Below are positions 18,439 through 29,932 of a DNA stretch of 64,000 bases, piece by piece. How positions within the stretch are numbered: position 1 is the stretch's first letter; each line of letters starts with the position of its first letter. Source of the stretch: an uncultured Acidobacteriaceae bacterium (lineage in GTDB: Bacteria > Acidobacteriota > Terriglobia > Terriglobales > Acidobacteriaceae); contig CAWKDJ010000010.1 in NCBI GenBank assembly GCA_963848325.1, positions 24,689 to 88,688 on the forward strand, written 5' to 3'. The notes under the pieces were generated by a model, which saw nothing but the letters and a program-made list of their open reading frames with translations, was not told the DNA's origin and searched no databases. The position numbers were made by a program, and so were the translations under genes.

Positions 18439-20257
18439 CCACTCCATGCCCTTTGGGGCACAGGTACAGAAAGACGGCAGTGTTCGCTTTCGGCTGTGGG
18501 CGCCGAAAGCGGAGCGCGTCGAGCTTCGCCTCGAGGATCACGAGCAGCGGACAATCGCGCTCAAAAGTGCCGGGCACGGATGGTTCGAGCTGGTTACCCC
18601 AGAAGCGCACGCCGGCTCGCACTACCGTTTTCGCATTGATGAAAAAAGCGAAGTTCCCGATCCCGCGTCACGCTTTCAACCTTACGACGTTCACGGGCCC
18701 AGCGAAGTCGTCGATCCTCGCGGTTTTGAATGGAAGGACGACTGGTGGCATGGACGTCCGTGGGAAGAAGCGGTGATCTATGAGCTTCACGTCGGAGCTT
18801 TTTCGTCAGAAGGCTCGTTCGCAGCGGTGGAGCGCAAACTCGAGTATCTGCGCGATGCGGGAGTCACCGCGATCGAACTTATGCCTGTGGCGGATTTTCC
18901 CGGTTCACGAAATTGGGGTTACGACGGCGTTCTGCCTTTTGCGCCAGATAGTTCTTATGGGCGTCCGGAGGAGATCAAGCAATTGGTGCAGGCCGCTCAC
19001 GCGCAAGGATTGATGATTCTGCTCGACGTCGTTTACAACCACTTTGGCCCTGAAGGCAATTATCTGCGTCTCTACTCGCCGCAATTTTTCACCGACCGCT
19101 ATCACACGCCGTGGGGCGAAGCCATCAACTTTGACGGCCCGGAAAACCGCGTGGTGCGCGATTTTTTCATTCACAATGCACTCTATTGGCTGGAGGAGTA
19201 CAACTTCGACGGTCTTCGCCTGGATGCTGTCCATGCCATTGTCGATGACTCGAAGCCGGACATTCTTACCGAACTGGTGGAGGTAGTGCGCGAGCGATTT
19301 CCTGGCGACCGGCACATTCATCTCATCCTTGAAAACGGAGACAATGGGGCACGTTATTTGCGCCGCGATCAGGGGCGCCATGCGGTCCTGTACAACGCGC
19401 AGTGGAACGACGACATTCATCATGCATCGCACGTCCTGATTACGGGTGAATCGGACGGCTACTACAGCGACTACACGCGGCAGCCGGTGCAGCAATTGGG
19501 ACGCTGCCTGGCCGAAGGGTTCGCGTTTCAAGGGGAGTACTCGCAGTTTCACGGCGCGACTCGCGGCGAACCCAGCGCCGGGTTGCCTCCCTGCGCGTTC
19601 GTTTCTTTCTTGCAGAATCACGACCAGGTGGGAAATCGCGCATTCGGAGAAAGGATTCTGCAGCTAGCATCGCCGGCAGCAGTAAGAGTTGCACTGGAAA
19701 TCTTGTTGCTCGCCCCTGCACCGCCATTGCTTTTTATGGGCGAAGAATTCGGCGCGAAAACGCCATTCCTTTTCTTTTGCGACTTCCAAGGCGACTTAGC
19801 TAGAGCGGTGACTGAAGGACGCAGAGACGAGTTCTCGCGCTTTGCCAAGTTCAGTACGCCGGAAATGCGCGACCACATTCCCGATCCCAACGCCGAAGCG
19901 ACATTTCTTCAGTCAAAACTGGACTGGAAAAGCCTGGAAGACGAGTCTGCGAAAATCTGGCTGCGGTTTTATCGCGAATTGCTTTCGCTCCGGCGGCGGG
20001 TGATCGTTCCTTTGCTGCGAGGGACGATTCGCGGTGAATTTCACGCCGGCAAGGGCCGCGGTCTTTCGGTGGATTGGGTGCTCGCGAACGGAAAACGGCT
20101 GCAACTCAGCGCCAACCTTGGGCCTGAAGAAATCGCACTGAGCATGGGGCATTCTGGCGCCCCGTTTTATTGCAGCAACCATGAAACCACGGCTGCGTTT
20201 GAACAAGGCAAGTTGCCACCCTGGTCGGTGGTGTGGTCTCGGGCACGGATAAGCTGA
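18428..20257 (+). CDS. treZ: malto-oligosyltrehalose trehalohydrolase TreZ
   Basis: N-terminal E-set domain ('[13 protein letters not shown]'), GH13 core '[14 protein letters not shown]', '[10 protein letters not shown]'. Overlaps the glgX end by 11 nt. Confidence 0.85.
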   Translation: MKRSHSMPFGAQVQKDGSVRFRLWAPKAERVELRLEDHEQRTIALKSAGHGWFELVTPEAHAGSHYRFRIDEKSEVPDPASRFQPYDVHGPSEVVDPRGFEWKDDWWHGRPWEEAVIYELHVGAFSSEGSFAAVERKLEYLRDAGVTAIELMPVADFPGSRNWGYDGVLPFAPDSSYGRPEEIKQLVQAAHAQGLMILLDVVYNHFGPEGNYLRLYSPQFFTDRYHTPWGEAINFDGPENRVVRDFFIHNALYWLEEYNFDGLRLDAVHAIVDDSKPDILTELVEVVRERFPGDRHIHLILENGDNGARYLRRDQGRHAVLYNAQWNDDIHHASHVLITGESDGYYSDYTRQPVQQLGRCLAEGFAFQGEYSQFHGATRGEPSAGLPPCAFVSFLQNHDQVGNRAFGERILQLASPAAVRVALEILLLAPAPPLLFMGEEFGAKTPFLFFCDFQGDLARAVTEGRRDEFSRFAKFSTPEMRDHIPDPNAEATFLQSKLDWKSLEDESAKIWLRFYRELLSLRRRVIVPLLRGTIRGEFHAGKGRGLSVDWVLANGKRLQLSANLGPEEIALSMGHSGAPFYCSNHETTAAFEQGKLPPWSVVWSRARIS

Positions 20258-20409
20258 CAGCTTTCCTACAGTATTTTTACCAAGCGCCTGCGGTAATCGC
20301 CTGATGGGGTCTGCACGAAATTGCAAATTAAGGTGAATCGGGAATCTACCACTGGCGGGCTGCACAGTGGCCGCGGCCTGTTCCTGAACCATCCAACCCC
20401 ACAACATTT

Positions 20410-23271
20410 ATGGCGGGCGTGCCCCAAATACGGACGGCGACCTATCGCTTGCAGCTGAATCGCACGTTTACTTTCCGCGACGCGGCCGTGATCGTTCCTT
20501 ACCTCTCTGCTCTCGGAATCAGCCATTGCTATGTCTCACCCTATCTGCGGGCGCGACCCGGCAGCATGCATGGCTACGACATCATCGACCATAACTCGCT
20601 GAACCCGGAGATTGGCAGCCCAGAAGACTACGAATGCTTTGTTGCGGAACTTCGCCGCCACGGCATGGGACAAATCCTTGACATTGTTCCCAACCACATG
20701 GGGGTCATGGGAAGTGACAACTCGTGGTGGCTCGATGTTCTGGAAAACGGACAGGCGTCGGAATACGCCGACTTTTTCGACATCGACTGGGACCCGATTA
20801 AAGACGAATTACAAGGGAAAGTTCTCATCCCCATTCTCGCCGATCAGTATGGCAACGAACTGGAGAAAGGTGAACTGAAACTGGTGTTCGATGTTGAGCG
20901 CGGGGAATTCAGCGTTCAATACCATCAGCACCGCTTTCCCATCGACCCCGCGGAGTATCCCCGGATCCTCGGATTTCAACTCGACCAACTGAAAGAAAAG
21001 CTTGGCGCGACCGGCGAAGATTTTCTCGAACTGCAAAGTATTGTGACGGCATTCAGCCATCTTCCGGCGCGGCGCGGATTGAGTCCGCAGCAGCGAGCGG
21101 AGCGCAACCGCGAAAAAGACGTACAGAAACGGCGGCTGGCGGGGCTGTGCGCGCGATCGCCCGAAACCAGGGATTTTCTGATTGCAAATGTGCAGACCCT
21201 CAACGGAAAGCCGGACGATCCTGCCAGCTTCGATAATCTGCATGAACTGATCAAAGCGCAGGCGTACCGATTGGCGCAATGGCGGGTGGCGGCGGACGAC
21301 ATCAATTACCGCCGCTTTTTCGACATAAACGAGCTCGCGGCGCTGTGCATGGAAAACGAAAATGTCTTTTGCAAGACGCACCGTTTCGTTCTTGATCTGG
21401 TGGGCCAGGGAAAAGTGGATGGGCTGCGCATCGACCATCCGGATGGACTGTATGACCCGACGAAATATTTCCAGCAGTTGACCGAAAAACTTCGCACGGA
21501 GCTTGAACCACAGGGCCGGCAGGCCTACGTGATCGCGGAAAAAATCCTGACCGGGAAAGAGCAGCTGCGAAAAGACTGGCCGATCCAGGGAACAACCGGT
21601 TATGAATTCGCCAATTTGGTTAACGGTCTCTTCGTCGACTCGAGCGCCACCGACAAAATGGAGCGGATTTACCGGTCGTTCACCGGCAGAACAACAGAAT
21701 TGTCCGATTTGGTTTACGGCTGCAAAAAACAGATTCTCAAAGTCGTGCTGGCCAGTGAACTGAATGTGCTGGCGAACCTGCTCAGCCGGATTGCGCTGTC
21801 GAACCGCCATACCTGCGACTTCACCCTGAACAGTCTGCGAAGCGCCCTAGGAGAAATTATTGCCAGCTTCCCGGTTTATCGGACTTATGTGAGCAGCGCG
21901 GAGGTTTCCCCGGACGACCGCCGCTATGTGGAACAAGCGGTAGCCGCAGGACGAAGACGAAGCACCGCTGCCGACCTGACGGTTTTTGATTTCATCCAGC
22001 GCGTTCTGCTGATCGAGGTCAACGGCACGCAGAATGGCTGGTACAAGCGGGCAGTCACTCGCTTCGCCATGAAGTTCCAACAAGTGACCGCTGCTGTCAT
22101 GGCAAAGGGAGTGGAAGACACCGCGTTTTATCGATATTACCGGCTGGTTTCCTTGAATGAAGTTGGCGGCAATCCGAGCAAGTTTGGCGTCCCGCCGGAG
22201 GAGTTCCACCGCGCAAATCAAGAGCGGCTGGCTTGTTGGCCGGATTCGATGCTGGCTTCATCAACTCATGACTCCAAGCGATCGGAAGATGTGCGAGCTC
22301 GGATCAATGTCATCACTGAGATTCCCGCTCTATGGCGGCTGCGCTTGCGGCGCTGGCGCGACTGGAATCGGAAAAAGAAACAAGTCATCGAGGCGACTGC
22401 CGCGCCTTCGCGAAACGATGAGTATCTTCTTTATCAGACGCTGATTGGAGTATGGCCCGACGAAGCGCTCGATGATGCTGGTTGGAATGAGTTTGTACGA
22501 CGCGTGAACCATTACATGTTGAAAGCCGCGCGAGAAGCCAAAGAATATACCAGCTGGGCGAATACAAACTCTGAATACGAAGGCGCGCTGTCGGGATTTG
22601 TGCGCGCGATTTTGGAGCGCGGCGGAAAGAATCTGTTCCTGACAGATTTCGAGGACTTTCAACGTTATACTGCGCGCATCGGCTGGCTCAACGGTCTATC
22701 GCAATGTCTGCTGAAACTGACGTCGCCGGGAGTACCCGACATTTATCAGGGGAACGAAATTTGGCAGTTCAATCTGGTCGATCCAGACAACCGGCGGCCG
22801 GTGGATTACGAGCAGCGAAAAACACTTTTGGCGGAATTGCCAAATTTCACCGGCTCAGAAGTATTGAACGATGGCCGGGCCAAACTGTTTCTCACCGCGA
22901 AAACATTGGGCCTCAGAAAAATGTATCCAGCCCTGTTTCAGAAGGGCCGCTATTTTCCGCTTACGCCAAGCGGGCCGATGGCCAAACACGTCATCGCCTT
23001 TGGGAGAGAATGCCAAGGGCGGTCACTGATCGTCGCGGTCCCCCGACTATGCGCAGGATTACTAAATGAAAATCTGACGATTCACCCCGAGGAGTTCTGG
23101 CAAGATACCGTCCTTGAAATTCCAGCCTCGAACACTACCTGTTATCACAATATTCTCACGGGAGAGTGCATTGCGGCGGGACGCGATGTGAGAAACATAG
23201 CAGTCACGAAGTTGTTTCACCACTTCCCTGTGGCGCTGCTGCTGAGCGAACCGATAACAATCGATGAATGA
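20410..23271 (+). CDS. treY: malto-oligosyltrehalose synthase TreY
   Basis: 953 aa with 'YRLQLN', 'SPYLRARPGSMHGYDIIDH', 'DIVPNHMG' TreY signatures. Confidence 0.85.
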   Translation: MAGVPQIRTATYRLQLNRTFTFRDAAVIVPYLSALGISHCYVSPYLRARPGSMHGYDIIDHNSLNPEIGSPEDYECFVAELRRHGMGQILDIVPNHMGVMGSDNSWWLDVLENGQASEYADFFDIDWDPIKDELQGKVLIPILADQYGNELEKGELKLVFDVERGEFSVQYHQHRFPIDPAEYPRILGFQLDQLKEKLGATGEDFLELQSIVTAFSHLPARRGLSPQQRAERNREKDVQKRRLAGLCARSPETRDFLIANVQTLNGKPDDPASFDNLHELIKAQAYRLAQWRVAADDINYRRFFDINELAALCMENENVFCKTHRFVLDLVGQGKVDGLRIDHPDGLYDPTKYFQQLTEKLRTELEPQGRQAYVIAEKILTGKEQLRKDWPIQGTTGYEFANLVNGLFVDSSATDKMERIYRSFTGRTTELSDLVYGCKKQILKVVLASELNVLANLLSRIALSNRHTCDFTLNSLRSALGEIIASFPVYRTYVSSAEVSPDDRRYVEQAVAAGRRRSTAADLTVFDFIQRVLLIEVNGTQNGWYKRAVTRFAMKFQQVTAAVMAKGVEDTAFYRYYRLVSLNEVGGNPSKFGVPPEEFHRANQERLACWPDSMLASSTHDSKRSEDVRARINVITEIPALWRLRLRRWRDWNRKKKQVIEATAAPSRNDEYLLYQTLIGVWPDEALDDAGWNEFVRRVNHYMLKAAREAKEYTSWANTNSEYEGALSGFVRAILERGGKNLFLTDFEDFQRYTARIGWLNGLSQCLLKLTSPGVPDIYQGNEIWQFNLVDPDNRRPVDYEQRKTLLAELPNFTGSEVLNDGRAKLFLTAKTLGLRKMYPALFQKGRYFPLTPSGPMAKHVIAFGRECQGRSLIVAVPRLCAGLLNENLTIHPEEFWQDTVLEIPASNTTCYHNILTGECIAAGRDVRNIAVTKLFHHFPVALLLSEPITIDE

Positions 23272-23554
23272 CGCATGCGTTGGAACCAGCGAAGGTGACA
23301 GCTTGCTTTCCAACCAAGGATTGCCGGGAGAACTCACTACAGAAAGTAACGCGGGCGACTAAGGGCCGCACCGGATGGCTGGCAGCGGCGAGGTCACTTA
23401 TTCTCGCAGAGTGATTTCGCCCTCAAGAATCCTCCACCCAGGCAGGCGCCGTCTGAAAAGATAGCGTCTGCCTCTCGCCTTTTTCGAATCTCCAACAAAC
23501 AAGATAGGCCGGTGACGCGTTCCACGGAAAAGTTCCACCAGTGCTTGCGGCAAA

Positions 23555-25159
23555 TCACGGAGCAGAGGCTTTGACGGCGAATTGCTGTCCGGTCACCGGC
23601 GTGAGAAACGGAATGACATAAGACTTGATGTTTACCGGCCCAGCGGCGCTCGCCTCCACCCACAGGTTGTATTTGAAATCTCCGCGGCTGAATGCCTCGT
23701 CGCTCAACCGAAAAGTGACCATTTGATTGGCAGAATTGTGCAGTGAAACCTGTCCTGCAGCTTCGTTCCTGAGAATCAGAAGAATCTCCCCGCTGTGCTT
23801 TTCGGTTCTGTCTTTCGCTCCGGAATTTTCTTCCTGATCTTCACGCTCTCGGCCTGGATCGCGTTCTTGCTGGGGAAGCTGGAACGCGGGAATAAATCGG
23901 CGGGCACTGGCGAGATTGGTCGGCGGAAAATTCCCCGACCGCCAGGCCGCGTCGGGGATGTCGCTCGGGCCGGCGAAACTTGCGGAAACGATCAGGAAGT
24001 CGCCAGCTTTCAACTCGCGTCCGTTGCCCTGGATGCTCAACTCACCAATCGTGACCGGAAGCGCGATCAGATTCGGCCCTTCCTGCAAGAACAAGGGCCG
24101 TGCCCCAGGCAGGACATCGTCGGGAACGCTCAGGTAAAGCGCGCCCGTGGTTTCGGCCACGATTGCCGCAGGACAGTTCATCGAAAGCTGCAAATATCTT
24201 GTGGCTGTCGCCACCGAACGATCCTCCGACCAGGCAAAGCTCGCCCTTCATGCACAGCACCGGCGCTTGAAAGAGGTTTGAGGCGCCATGAGATTTTGCC
24301 TGGCGCCCCAGAACAGGCAGCATCGCGGAAACGGAATGTTCCGGGTCGACCGATTGCTGAAGCGTGATTCTAAGCTGCGCTCGTTTGCGTGGAATGATGA
24401 AAGTAATCGGGCCATCGGCTGGTTGCGCCGTTTCCCCTTCCACCTCAACTTGCAGACTGGACAACTGCAGCGCTCCGAATTCTGAGGGAACGGTAAAATG
24501 CACGACTTGAATTCCCGGCACATCCGTGAAGTTCTTCGCGTCAGCCACTACGGTGCCAGACACTCGCTCACCAGGACGAAGTTGCGCTGGCAATAACAAA
24601 CCGATGTCCGGCAGCGTTGCAAGGTTCGAGTGGACAAACTGCGCGTGGCCAGTGCTTAGTCTTTTTCGCGCCCCTTCGAGATTCTTCATCACTTCTTCAT
24701 AGGTGAATTTTGGGCCCTGCTCACTTCCGCCACCACTTTCTTCTTCCCCGGCGGGACAAGCGACGGATCGATATTTTTGAAACTGGGCGTTCCAGTCAGC
24801 ACAACGATAGACCCCAGTCCGAGGATCGTGCGTCAGCTTATGTCCGTCGACTTGTTTGCCTGACTGATCGAAAACCTGAATGAACTCACCGATGAAATTC
24901 GTGCTCTCGTCGTAGGTGTGTCTCACAATCTTCTGGGCCTTGCCTCCGGGCCAATATGTGGTGTCGGTTTGCTGGGGCCCGTAATGGCCGCGAACATATT
25001 CGTAATCGGATTTCTGTTGAATGCCGCCGTCTGGCAGCCAACGGTGCGCATTTCGGTGACTTTGCCGGCTGCATTGTAGTCGGTCTCGATCCGTCCCCCA
25101 ACTCCGTTCTTTTCAACTACAGTCCGCTGGGCGAACGCAATTACGGAGAGCGTGACCAT
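23555..25159 (-). CDS. secreted protein of unknown function, read across three frames (at least 2 frameshifts near 24930-24990 and 24050-24210)
   Basis: Signal peptide 'MVTLSVIAFAQRT'. Three consecutive same-strand ORFs in shifted frames without intervening stops. Confidence 0.45.
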
Positions 25160-25376
25160 GGCGAATAGTATGATCGCGTGAGATTTGCAGATCGATATAC
25201 GCAGCTTAGGTTGGAGGTGCTGTCTGCTGGGCAAGCTAGTAGTCTACCGCACTGCCGGATACTGATCCACGACTCAATAGACTACGGACCATCAGCTTTC
25301 ATTCATACTTTCATCTGTTAACTACGGCAATCTGAGAAGGTAAGTGAAACGAGGGGCGGTTTTGGCCATCCCTTAT

Positions 25377-26739
25377 TTATTTATCCAGAACCCGCTGCTT
25401 GCCAATGTCGATGCCCAACTGCTCTGCTTTTTTGTACAAGTGGCTCCGTTCCAGTCCAAGAGCTTTGGCAGCATTCGTGATATGAAAATTCTGCCGCCGC
25501 AATTCTGCCAGGATAGTTTCGCGTTCAAATTCCTGCACCCGGTCGGCCAACGGCCCTGTGCTCTCCGAGCGAGACTCGCCGGCAGGCAAGGCCGACTGGA
25601 CTGTGCTTGACGAGACCTGATCATTTTCCGCAAGCAGCATCAAGCGTTCCACCATGTTGCGCAGTTCCCTTACATTCCCAAGCCACGGAGATTCGGTCAA
25701 CAGGCGAATTGCCTCGGGAGAGAAGGAAATGAGCTTCCAGTTGTTCTGGGCACAAATCTGGCGCGAGAAATGTTCGATCAAGACCGGGATGTCATCGCGG
25801 CGTTCGCGCAACGGCGGCAGTAAGATCGGGAAGACATACACGCGATGAAAGAGGTCTTGCCGAAACTTTCCTTCGCGCAGCAGAACTTCGAGGTCGCGAT
25901 GGGTCGCGACGAGCACGCGGGCATTCACGGCAATGGGCTTGTCGCCGCCAATACGCTCAATCTCGTTTTCTTCCAGGACGCGAAGCAGCTTGGCCTGCAT
26001 GGCGAGCGGCATATCGCCGATCTCATCGAGAAAAATCGTGCCGCCTTCGGCCTGCTCGAACTTGCCCTTATGGCGACCCGCTGCGCCGGTGAATGATCCC
26101 TTTTCGTGCCCGAAAAGCTCCGATTCGATGAGTTCGGCTGGAACTGCGGCGCAGTTCAGAGTGATAAATGGCCCGTTCGCCCGTGGACTGCGCTCGTGCA
26201 ACGCACGGGCAATGAGTTCCTTGCCCGTCCCAGTTTCGCCCAGGATGCACACTCGCGATTCGCTGGCTGCAACCCGCTCCACCTGGGCCATGATTTTTTT
26301 CATGGCGTCGCTGACCCAAACAATTTCGTGCTTGCCGAGACGCTGTTTGAGATTGCGATTCTCCGCCTCCAGGCGCTGGAGTTTGAGTGCGTTCTCCACC
26401 GTGAGCAGCAGCCGGTCGGTCGAAATCGGTTTCTCCAGAAAATCGAGCGCGCCGAGCTGCGTGGCACGCACCGCCATCTCGATGTGGGCCTGTCCCGACA
26501 TCATTACAATCGGAATCTTCACTTGCTGTGATCTCAGGTCTCTCGAGAAAAGAAAGGCCATCTTTCCCGGGCATGACCACGTCGGAGAAGATCAGATCGA
26601 ACTCTTGCGACTTTGCCAGCTCCAGCGCCTTGGCTGCATTGTCACAAATGGTTACTTCGTGCCCGGCCAGCCGGAAGGCGCGAGAAAGCGACGCCAGGGT
26701 ATTGGCTTCGTCATCGACGACGAGAATGTTGGCTCTCAA
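25377..26739 (-). CDS. sigma-54-dependent response regulator (NtrC family), frameshift near 26536-26550
   Basis: The REC domain 'ILVVDDEANTL...DLIFSDVVMPGKDGL' continues in a second frame as 'RDLRSQQVKIPIVMMSGQ', then AAA+ 'GETGTGKE', 'ESELFGHEKGSFTGA' and a C-terminal HTH. The shift falls in a T-rich run. Confidence 0.8.
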
Positions 26740-26760
26740 TGGCAGACTTTTTCTTGGCGG

Positions 26761-28575
26761 CTATGATTGAAACGTAGAAGGGGCCGTCTCCGTCTGAATT
26801 TTGTCCACGTTCCGCGGTAGTTCGATCAAAAACGTCGTTCCCTCGCCCGGCTTGCTGCTAACTGAAATTTTTCCACCGTGATCAGTGACAACTGACTGCA
26901 CAATCGCCAATCCTAGTCCGGTTCCTTGCTTCTTAGTGGTGTAATAAGGAGTGAAAAGATGATCGCATTCTTCCGGCGTCAATCCGGTTCCGGTGTCGGA
27001 GACGTTCAGGAAGGCGCGTCCACCTTCTTGCCGAGTGCTCAACGTGAGCGTGCCCCCATTCGGCATCGCATCGATCGCGTTCAAGATCAAATTTGAGATC
27101 GCGCGGTGCAAAAGCTCCGGGTCCGCAGCAATCGGATCGAGCGGCGAAGCCAGCTCCAGTCTACATTGGATCGGCGGGCGTTTTTCCGCGCTCAACTGGG
27201 GCGCAAACAAGCGCGCGGCTTCCTGCACCACCTCGTTTAACTGCACTTCCTGAAACTGCGGCTGCGGCATTTTGGAAAAATCGCTGAAGCGCGAGACGAT
27301 CGCCTTCAGGTTATTGATCTCCGCCAGGAGAGTCGACGCGCTTTCGCGAAACGTCTCCTCGAATTGCTCCGGACTCTGCTGCCGCGCGCGCAACAGATTT
27401 TCGACCGTCAACTGTAGAGGAAAGAGCGGATTTTTCAGTTCGTGCGCCAAACGCCTGGCGAGTTCCCGCCACGCTGCCACTCGCTCCGTTTGCACCAATC
27501 GTTCTTTTTGGCCAAGCAGCTCGCGAGTCATCTGATTGAACGATTCCGCCAACTCTGCCAGTTCATCGTGGGAGGCCACGGTGACTTGCGCGTTCCAGTT
27601 GCCTGCGGCAACCTCGCGCGCGGCCTCGGCCAACTGTTCGACGGGGCGAGTCACTCGCGAAGAAGCCCAGCCGCTGACCGCGAACGCCAGCAGCATCCCG
27701 ATAGCAGAGGAAGCTAGCGCAGCAAAACGAATCTGTTGTCGGAGTTCGACATAAGAACGCCGTGAACTCGCCACCAGCAAAATACCGATGACCTGGCGAT
27801 TCACCCCCATAAGAGGAATCGCGTCCACGGTTTCATCCTCAGCCGGGTTTAAGGACCAGTGGACCAACTCAGCAGTCTCTGTTCCCTGCTGCTGTACGGA
27901 TTGAATCAGCGGCGTAAGCAGAGCTGCATGGGCGACCGGGCCGCTGGCAGAAATCAGAAATTCCGCAGAAAACACTGGCGCGAGATTCTGATAAAAAAAC
28001 GCTCTCATGCCCGCGGGAGGATCGAGGCTGGCGACGAAATCGCTATCGATCTTCCGGCCACCGATCACGTAGAGTTCGGAGTTGTCACTGGGTACCTTGC
28101 GAACCGCACTCAGCGACAAAGCCGTGCCATCGGGCAGCTGCTCCTGGATGAGGAAGGGCGCGTTCTGCATGGTGCTAAATGGAATGGTCTTTTTGTATCC
28201 AAATTTTGCCGGCCATTGCGCGGAAGAAATAATGATGCCATCGTGGTCGATGAATTCCAGGAAGTCGAGTTGCTGGGCTTCGGCAATAGTTTTGGCCTCG
28301 TCGAGGTACGCGGCATAGTCGGGAGGCCCCTGGCTTACGCCAGCGGCCATGCGAGCGGCTGCTTCGCTTTTCGCTATGTTCTCGACACGGCGGGCAACGT
28401 CCTCTCCGCGGCGGTCAAACTCACGGCGAAACTGCGCCACCAGAGCGGTGGTGCGTTGCTCGTCCGCTGTTTCGAACGATCGCCGGGCCAAAGCTGAAAC
28501 CACCCACGCTACTGTCGCTACGCAGAGGAAGACTGTTGCCACCAACACCAGCAAAAGCTTGCGACGGAACTTCAT
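26761..28575 (-). CDS. sensor histidine kinase (periplasmic sensor, HAMP, HisKA, HATPase_c)
   Basis: Two TM helices, 'HELKNPL' H-box, 'DTGTGL' G-box. ATGA overlap with the solute-binding protein gene. Confidence 0.85.
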   Translation of the reverse strand: MKFRRKLLLVLVATVFLCVATVAWVVSALARRSFETADEQRTTALVAQFRREFDRRGEDVARRVENIAKSEAAARMAAGVSQGPPDYAAYLDEAKTIAEAQQLDFLEFIDHDGIIISSAQWPAKFGYKKTIPFSTMQNAPFLIQEQLPDGTALSLSAVRKVPSDNSELYVIGGRKIDSDFVASLDPPAGMRAFFYQNLAPVFSAEFLISASGPVAHAALLTPLIQSVQQQGTETAELVHWSLNPAEDETVDAIPLMGVNRQVIGILLVASSRRSYVELRQQIRFAALASSAIGMLLAFAVSGWASSRVTRPVEQLAEAAREVAAGNWNAQVTVASHDELAELAESFNQMTRELLGQKERLVQTERVAAWRELARRLAHELKNPLFPLQLTVENLLRARQQSPEQFEETFRESASTLLAEINNLKAIVSRFSDFSKMPQPQFQEVQLNEVVQEAARLFAPQLSAEKRPPIQCRLELASPLDPIAADPELLHRAISNLILNAIDAMPNGGTLTLSTRQEGGRAFLNVSDTGTGLTPEECDHLFTPYYTTKKQGTGLGLAIVQSVVTDHGGKISVSSKPGEGTTFLIELPRNVDKIQTETAPSTFQS

Positions 28576-29932
28576 GGCTTCGCCGCCCCTAGCCAGATGT
28601 CGGGCAATTTCCAGCTTCCATCATGCGTGTCCTGCCAGTCCCTAACCGTTTTAGACACCGCCCAGGCCGTTCGCAGATAAAGCAGCGGAATCACGCGCCC
28701 CGATGTCACGATCGATGACTCCGCCTGGTATAAAGCGTCGGCGGAGTCGCCAGAGAAATTAGGCGGCGGAAGGCCGAGCGATCTGGCGAGTTCCACCAGC
28801 GCAACCCGCGGATCGAGCGACTCGAGTGGAATTCGCACCAGGCGAATGTCGGGATTGCCCTGATTGCCGAGTTGCAAGCGAAGGCCGGCGTCGCCCGCAT
28901 TGAGCGCAATTCGCTCGGCGATCACGTGGGCGAGCGGATCGCTCGGGTCGAAATCGAGATTCCACAACGCAGCTTGTGGCACCTCGGCCCGCAACTGCTG
29001 GGCGCGAGTCAGATCGGCATTGACGGCGAACAGAAAACCGTATCCCGTCAGCCAATCCGGCAACAACCCGCCGGCAGGCTCACCTCCGCCCTGCAGGACG
29101 ACCCGATTCAGCAGCGCCCGATCGATGCTGAGCGAAAGCGCCTGCCGTTGTTTCGCCTCTTCGGGCGTTTGAACCTCGCGAGTGAAGAGCAAAGCAACTA
29201 ATTCGATCGGTGCCGATGGACGCAGTTGCCGCGCTTCACTGGAGTGGTGAGCCTGGCCGCGAGAACTTCAATGAGCTGCGATTGACCGAGATCATACGCA
29301 ATCGTCTGCTCACGACAATTCTTGCCCATTTGGATTTCGACCGAATCGAGAAATGGACGCCCGCCCCAGTAATCATCGCGCGCCGAGAGAACAAGTCTTT
29401 TTTCGTCCCACTCAGTGATCACAAACGAGCCCGTGCCAATCGGCTTGCCAGCATCGACTTTCGCGATGCTATTGCGCGGCAAGGCCAGTTCGGCGGGCAG
29501 GTCAGGCGAGGGTGTATCCAACTGAATAACGATTGCAGTATCGGACGAAGTGACCTTCCAACTCGGGTTCACTCTGCGCAACGAGGCAGCGACAGCTTCC
29601 GGCGTCATCGGACTTTGATCGGAAAATCGGACGCCCGGTCGCAACACGAACTGCCATCGCCGATTGCCTGGATCCGACTGCCACGAGATCGCCAAGGCCG
29701 GTCGCGGTTGGCCGCGGTCGTCCAACGCTACCAGCGTGTCGAAGATGAGCGCAAAAATGTTGCGCGAAGCGAGCGTGTATGACCGATTGCTCTCCGACGG
29801 ATCGACCGTGCTGATGCTTTCAGCTGTTTCAATGTGCAGAGTTCCGCCGTAGTGCGGGCGCGTCGCCGCTACCGCCGAGCCAGCCATCAGCAGACTACTG
29901 ATTGCAATCGATTGAAAGCTTGTAAGCTTCAT
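28572..29932 (-). CDS. family-5 solute-binding protein (SBP_bac_5, peptide/nickel-binding fold), frameshift near 29195
   Basis: Signal peptide 'MKLTSFQSIAISSLLMAGSAVAA', then N- and C-terminal halves in two frames. Confidence 0.7.

Noticed and set aside
20809-21810. 333-aa minus-strand ORF
   Set aside because: Antisense to treY.
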